DNA from: Kondoa subrosea | Taxonomy: Eukaryota | NCBI GenBank assembly: GCA_039545335.1 | Contig: BCIN01000001.1 | Coordinates: 1,981,129 to 2,045,128, forward strand | DNA: 64,000 nt | Reading direction: 5' to 3' | Shown: positions 60,183-64,000 of the stretch, one piece after another | How positions within the stretch are numbered: position 1 is the first letter of the stretch | Layout of the letters: every line of letters starts with the position of its first letter | Notes under the pieces: generated by a model | The model's database searches: none | What the model saw: only the letters and a program-made list of their open reading frames with translations | Told to the model about the DNA's origin: nothing | Translations under genes and position numbers: made by a program

Positions 60183-62165
60183 ATGACTCGCAATGTGCCG
60201 CTAGGTATGCTCCAGAGCTACAACTGAGGGCCGCTGGCTAACTTTGCCCATGAACAGTTATTGACAATGGAAGTGAGTCGAGATAGGTCGGACATCGCGC
60301 TCCAGCCGCTGATGCTGTCCTTCTGCGTAGCTGGTTATACTAAGATGGGGTGCGTGATACTGATATGCACGCTACAGCCTAGACTAAAGAGCATTGGCTA
60401 CTCAAGATTCGCTGGAAACAGTGATCGTAAGTTCAAGCGCCTTTCGAGGTGACACATGTTTGAAGCTCTGTTGGCCAGCCTCGTTCGTGTTTCCAACAGC
60501 AATAGCAACAAAAGGAGCAGGTGGTGGATCTTCTTCAGCTCGTCCAGCAGTACCTAGCAAGCCTGGATCGCTTTCCTCATCTTCAAGCAATCTAGCTTCG
60601 AAACGAGGTATAGAGGATCTAGATTTCTACATTGGGTATGAAGCTTTGGAGCACTCGAAAACTTATGCCGTAGATTACCCCATCAAACATGGTGTGATCG
60701 AGAATTGGGATCATATGGAACGGTTTTGGGAACAATCTATCTTCAAGTACTTACGAGCGGAACCTGAGGATCATCATTTCTTACTCGTCAGTTGCGGTTG
60801 CTTGCTCAAAGTCTTTGGTCTGACTTTTGCTGGCTCCTCGGCGTCTGACAGACTGAACCACCGCTCAATCCACCTGAAAACAGAGAGAACACGGCAGAAA
60901 TCTTCTTTGAATCCTTCAACATTCAAGGTCTTTACATTGCTGTTCAAGCTGTTCTCGCTTTAGCTGCTTCTTGGACTTCTGGCAAAGCGGGTGATAGGAC
61001 ATTGACTGGAACTGTTATTGATTCAGGAGACGGTGTTACGCATGTCATTCCAGTGGTACGTGACTTCTTCCAACTGCTCAAAGGAGCTATTCAGTAAGAT
61101 CCATGTACAGGCTGAAGGATACGTTATTGGATCAAGCATCAAGCACATTCCAATAGCTGGTCGAGATTTAACTTTGTTCACTCAACAACTTCTGAGGGAT
61201 CGAGGTGAATCAGCAAACATTCCACCGGAAGATAACTTGCGAGTCGCAGAGAAGATCAAGGAAGATTACGCTTATGTTTGTGGTGATATGGTCAAAGAGT
61301 TTGGAAAGTATGATGCGGAACCTAGCAAGTGGTTCAAGAAGTACGATGGTCTGCATAGCGTTACAGGAAGGGTCAGTCCAATGATCGGCATTTCAGAGTC
61401 TCTCTGATAAAACGATTTCGTGGTCTGACAGAAATACTCAGTCGATGTTGGCTACGAACGATTCTTGGCGCCTGAAGTCTTCTTCAACCCTGAAATCTAT
61501 TCTTCAGATTTCTTGACTCCTTTACCTGAAGTAGTGGACAACGTTATCCAGACTTCTCCAATCGATGTAAGAAGAGGTTTATATAATGTCAGTCCAGATT
61601 TCGAGGACCAGAATTGTTTCTGATACCTGAATTTCTCGATGGCAGAATATTGTCCTGTCTGGTGGTTCTACCATGTTTGAATTCTTTGGCAAACGATTAC
61701 AACGTGATCTCAAACAAATTGTCGATACCCGAATCACAGCCAGTGAAATGACTTCTGGTAATTTGATGAAGGTGCGCCAGGATATCTATCATCGGTCTCG
61801 GGCCGATTATGATGTCTCCTGGATTCACAGTCTCGAGGTGTTGATGTCAATGTTATCTCACACAAAAGGCAGAGGTATGCGGTTTGGTTCGGTGGAAGTT
61901 TGTTGGCTTCGACACCAGAATTCTCAAGCTATTGTCATTCGAAGGTCAGCTGATCCAACTTTCGGAATATATGCATTGCTGATTTCTTTCATTGCAGGCG
62001 GATTATCAGTAAGGATATTGTGAATTGAGCTTGTTGTAAGCTGAAATCTCTTTTCTTCTTACAGAGAATATGGTCCTTCACTCGTACGACGTTTCGCCGT
62101 GTAGGTCACACTCTTTCTTTGGCTTGCAGCGTACTAATGTAAAGCATAGATTCGGCCAAGCATAA
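60183..62165 (+). CDS. ARP3: Actin-related protein 3 (Arp2/3 complex)
   Basis: [90 protein letters not shown]. Confidence 0.97.
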
Positions 62166-62459
62166 GAGGCGGGAAGTGGCAATGGGGAAGGTGCTTCGGC
62201 AGGCATCGAAACAAGGGAAAAGATCTGTATATACTGGACAATACCAAATGGGAACTGCTTCTGTCCAGACCCGTGCTGCGTCGGTGTTCGGCAGATGTTC
62301 GATTAATTGCTTTGATAATCTCACGGGTTGATGACTGATCTTGATCCACGACGTGCATCGAAAGCTGCTGACTATACCTTGCGCTGCTGATTATACCTGA
62401 GATCTCTATATCCTTCTCAGCTGCTGCTCGTGCAATAGGAAAGGCCAAAACAAAACAGC

Positions 62460-64000
62460 ATGACTGAGCAATCTGATCTTCAAGTTAACAAGCCAGAGGG
62501 TGAACGCAATGCATATTCGATATCGTTGTGCTGAATGTATCCATAACGATGCAGACCTAAGATGGTATCGCAAGGCATCTCCTCTCTTCCTGATTCCTGG
62601 GATGTTCTGTATCGCATTGGTTCTCGGTGCTGCTTTCGCCCCACGCCTGGAGGCAAGCTTCGGTTCAGTAGTATGCATACTGGATCTGATAACTTATACT
62701 TGCAGATCTACACTCTTCTCGTCTGTCGAGCGCTGCCACGAACGAAAGAAATGATTCCTATGTCAAGTCAACCAAGCTCCTGGGCACCAACTTGGTTGAT
62801 CTCTGATGGCTTTGATGCTGAAAGTTGTCGACATGATCCCAGAGTTCAGCAGAGGGTTGCGTTTCTTTCGACATCAATGACTTTGACGATGGGTGTCCTA
62901 TCTGCTTTGACCAGTACGGCTTCACCTACAGGGTGCGATCCGACGCTGAAAGTGTGTATTAGCTGGTTACTATGGAGGTCTCTCAGATCGAAGAGGAAGA
63001 ACACCTATCATCGCTCTCGCTCTCTTTGGTATGGCCATCAGCGATACTGTCTTCTTGCTTACGACCAACTATGTCGATATCCTTACTTATCGCTTCTTAC
63101 TGGTTGGGCCGATTGTAGATGGTTGCTTCGGTGGTATCGCTACAGCTCAAGCCGCTATGAATGGATACATCAGTGATTCGTCGCCAGCTGGATCAAGAGC
63201 CCACACATTTAGCATCATTACTGGAGTATTGTTTGCCGGCATTGGTCTAGGTGAGTATGTTGAATGTGCATTGACATTGAGTAACGATTATTGTACAGGA
63301 CCTACGCTCGGTGGGCTCTTGATCAAGTATACCAACAACGTTCTCGCTCCTGTCTACGTCTCTTTGGCGGTCGGACTCAGCTTATGTCTAGGTGTCATCT
63401 TCTTCCTTCCAGAAAGTTTGAGCAAGGAGAGACAAGCAGAATCGCAAGAAAAATATATACTGGAACAAGAACAACTCAAAGAGCAAGCACAAGCAGTCAG
63501 AAGCGCCTCTCCTAAATCATATCTGATCAAATATCGGATCAAGAAGAGTTTTGCTTTCTTACGACCTTTGGCAATGTTCTTACCTCGTAAAGCGGAAGAT
63601 GCTCATCCTGAAGGCGTACATATCGTCAAGCATGAGGAAGGAAGTCAGAAGAGGGAGTGGAGTTTGACGCTCTTGGCTGGTTCTTATGCTATTTATTCCT
63701 CCATGATGGCCATCTATTCCACAAAGATGCTTTATTCGCAATATAAGTTCGGTTTTGGTCCGGTGGAGGTACGTCTCGCACCCTACAATCCCGTTCGATC
63801 TGATTGCTTTGGTGGGTCACGTACAGATGGGTTATGTATTGACATTGGCCGGAGGATCGCGCGTGGTCTTCATGGTCCTTATTCTTCCATTGGTCATTCG
63901 CCTTTGTCGTCGCAATCCGCCTCAAGTGGACAACAAGTCTTCGGATCAAGCAGCTGAAGAAGAAGCAGTTGGTGCTGGCATAGGAGATCAAGAGACATTG
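62460..64000 (+). CDS. MFS transporter (SLC46/tetracycline-efflux-like), runs past the window end
   Basis: WYRKASPLFL, CRHDPRVQQRVA..TLTMGVLSALT, LSDRRGR, LLVGPIVDGCFGG..GYISDSSP..R, FFLPESL. Confidence 0.85.

Noticed and set aside
1..64000. tRNA, rRNA, CRISPR arrays, telomeric repeats, prokaryotic operons
   Set aside because: None seen by eye; the sequence is intron-rich eukaryotic DNA. Small snoRNAs could have been missed without a covariance search.

Overview
Compact, intron-rich fungal genomic DNA, most likely a basidiomycete (inferred from 40-70 nt GT-AG introns, many micro-exons, very short intergenic gaps and gene content). I can build about 35 spliced protein-coding genes, mostly housekeeping: HSD17B10-like SDR, SPC1, Mrl1-like M6P receptor, TEN1, cyclophilin A, mitochondrial HMG-box protein, RPS13, RPS6, MRP21, NBR1, a TM/FG nucleoporin, PLD-family protein, S10 carboxypeptidase, OHCU decarboxylase, three MFS transporters, ALG6, SWA2, COQ10, DCD1, GCD7, NXT1 and ARP3. 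The most unusual structure is a 4,137-bp block (16143-20279) bounded by 473-bp inverted repeats. The repeats are made of the RPS13 promoter and 5' half, and the block carries an intact RPS13, a GNAT gene and a pseudogene. It sits inside a decayed reading frame, possibly a tyrosine recombinase, that rejoins in frame if the block is removed. Other highlights are a POM121-like TM+FxFG nucleoporin, a 61-aa five-exon microprotein missed by the ORF track, a hidden NXT1 pseudogene fragment, a 16-exon cyclophilin gene, and overlapping start and stop codons. I saw no rRNA, tRNA or CRISPR features. All gene models were spliced by eye, so some boundaries are approximate.
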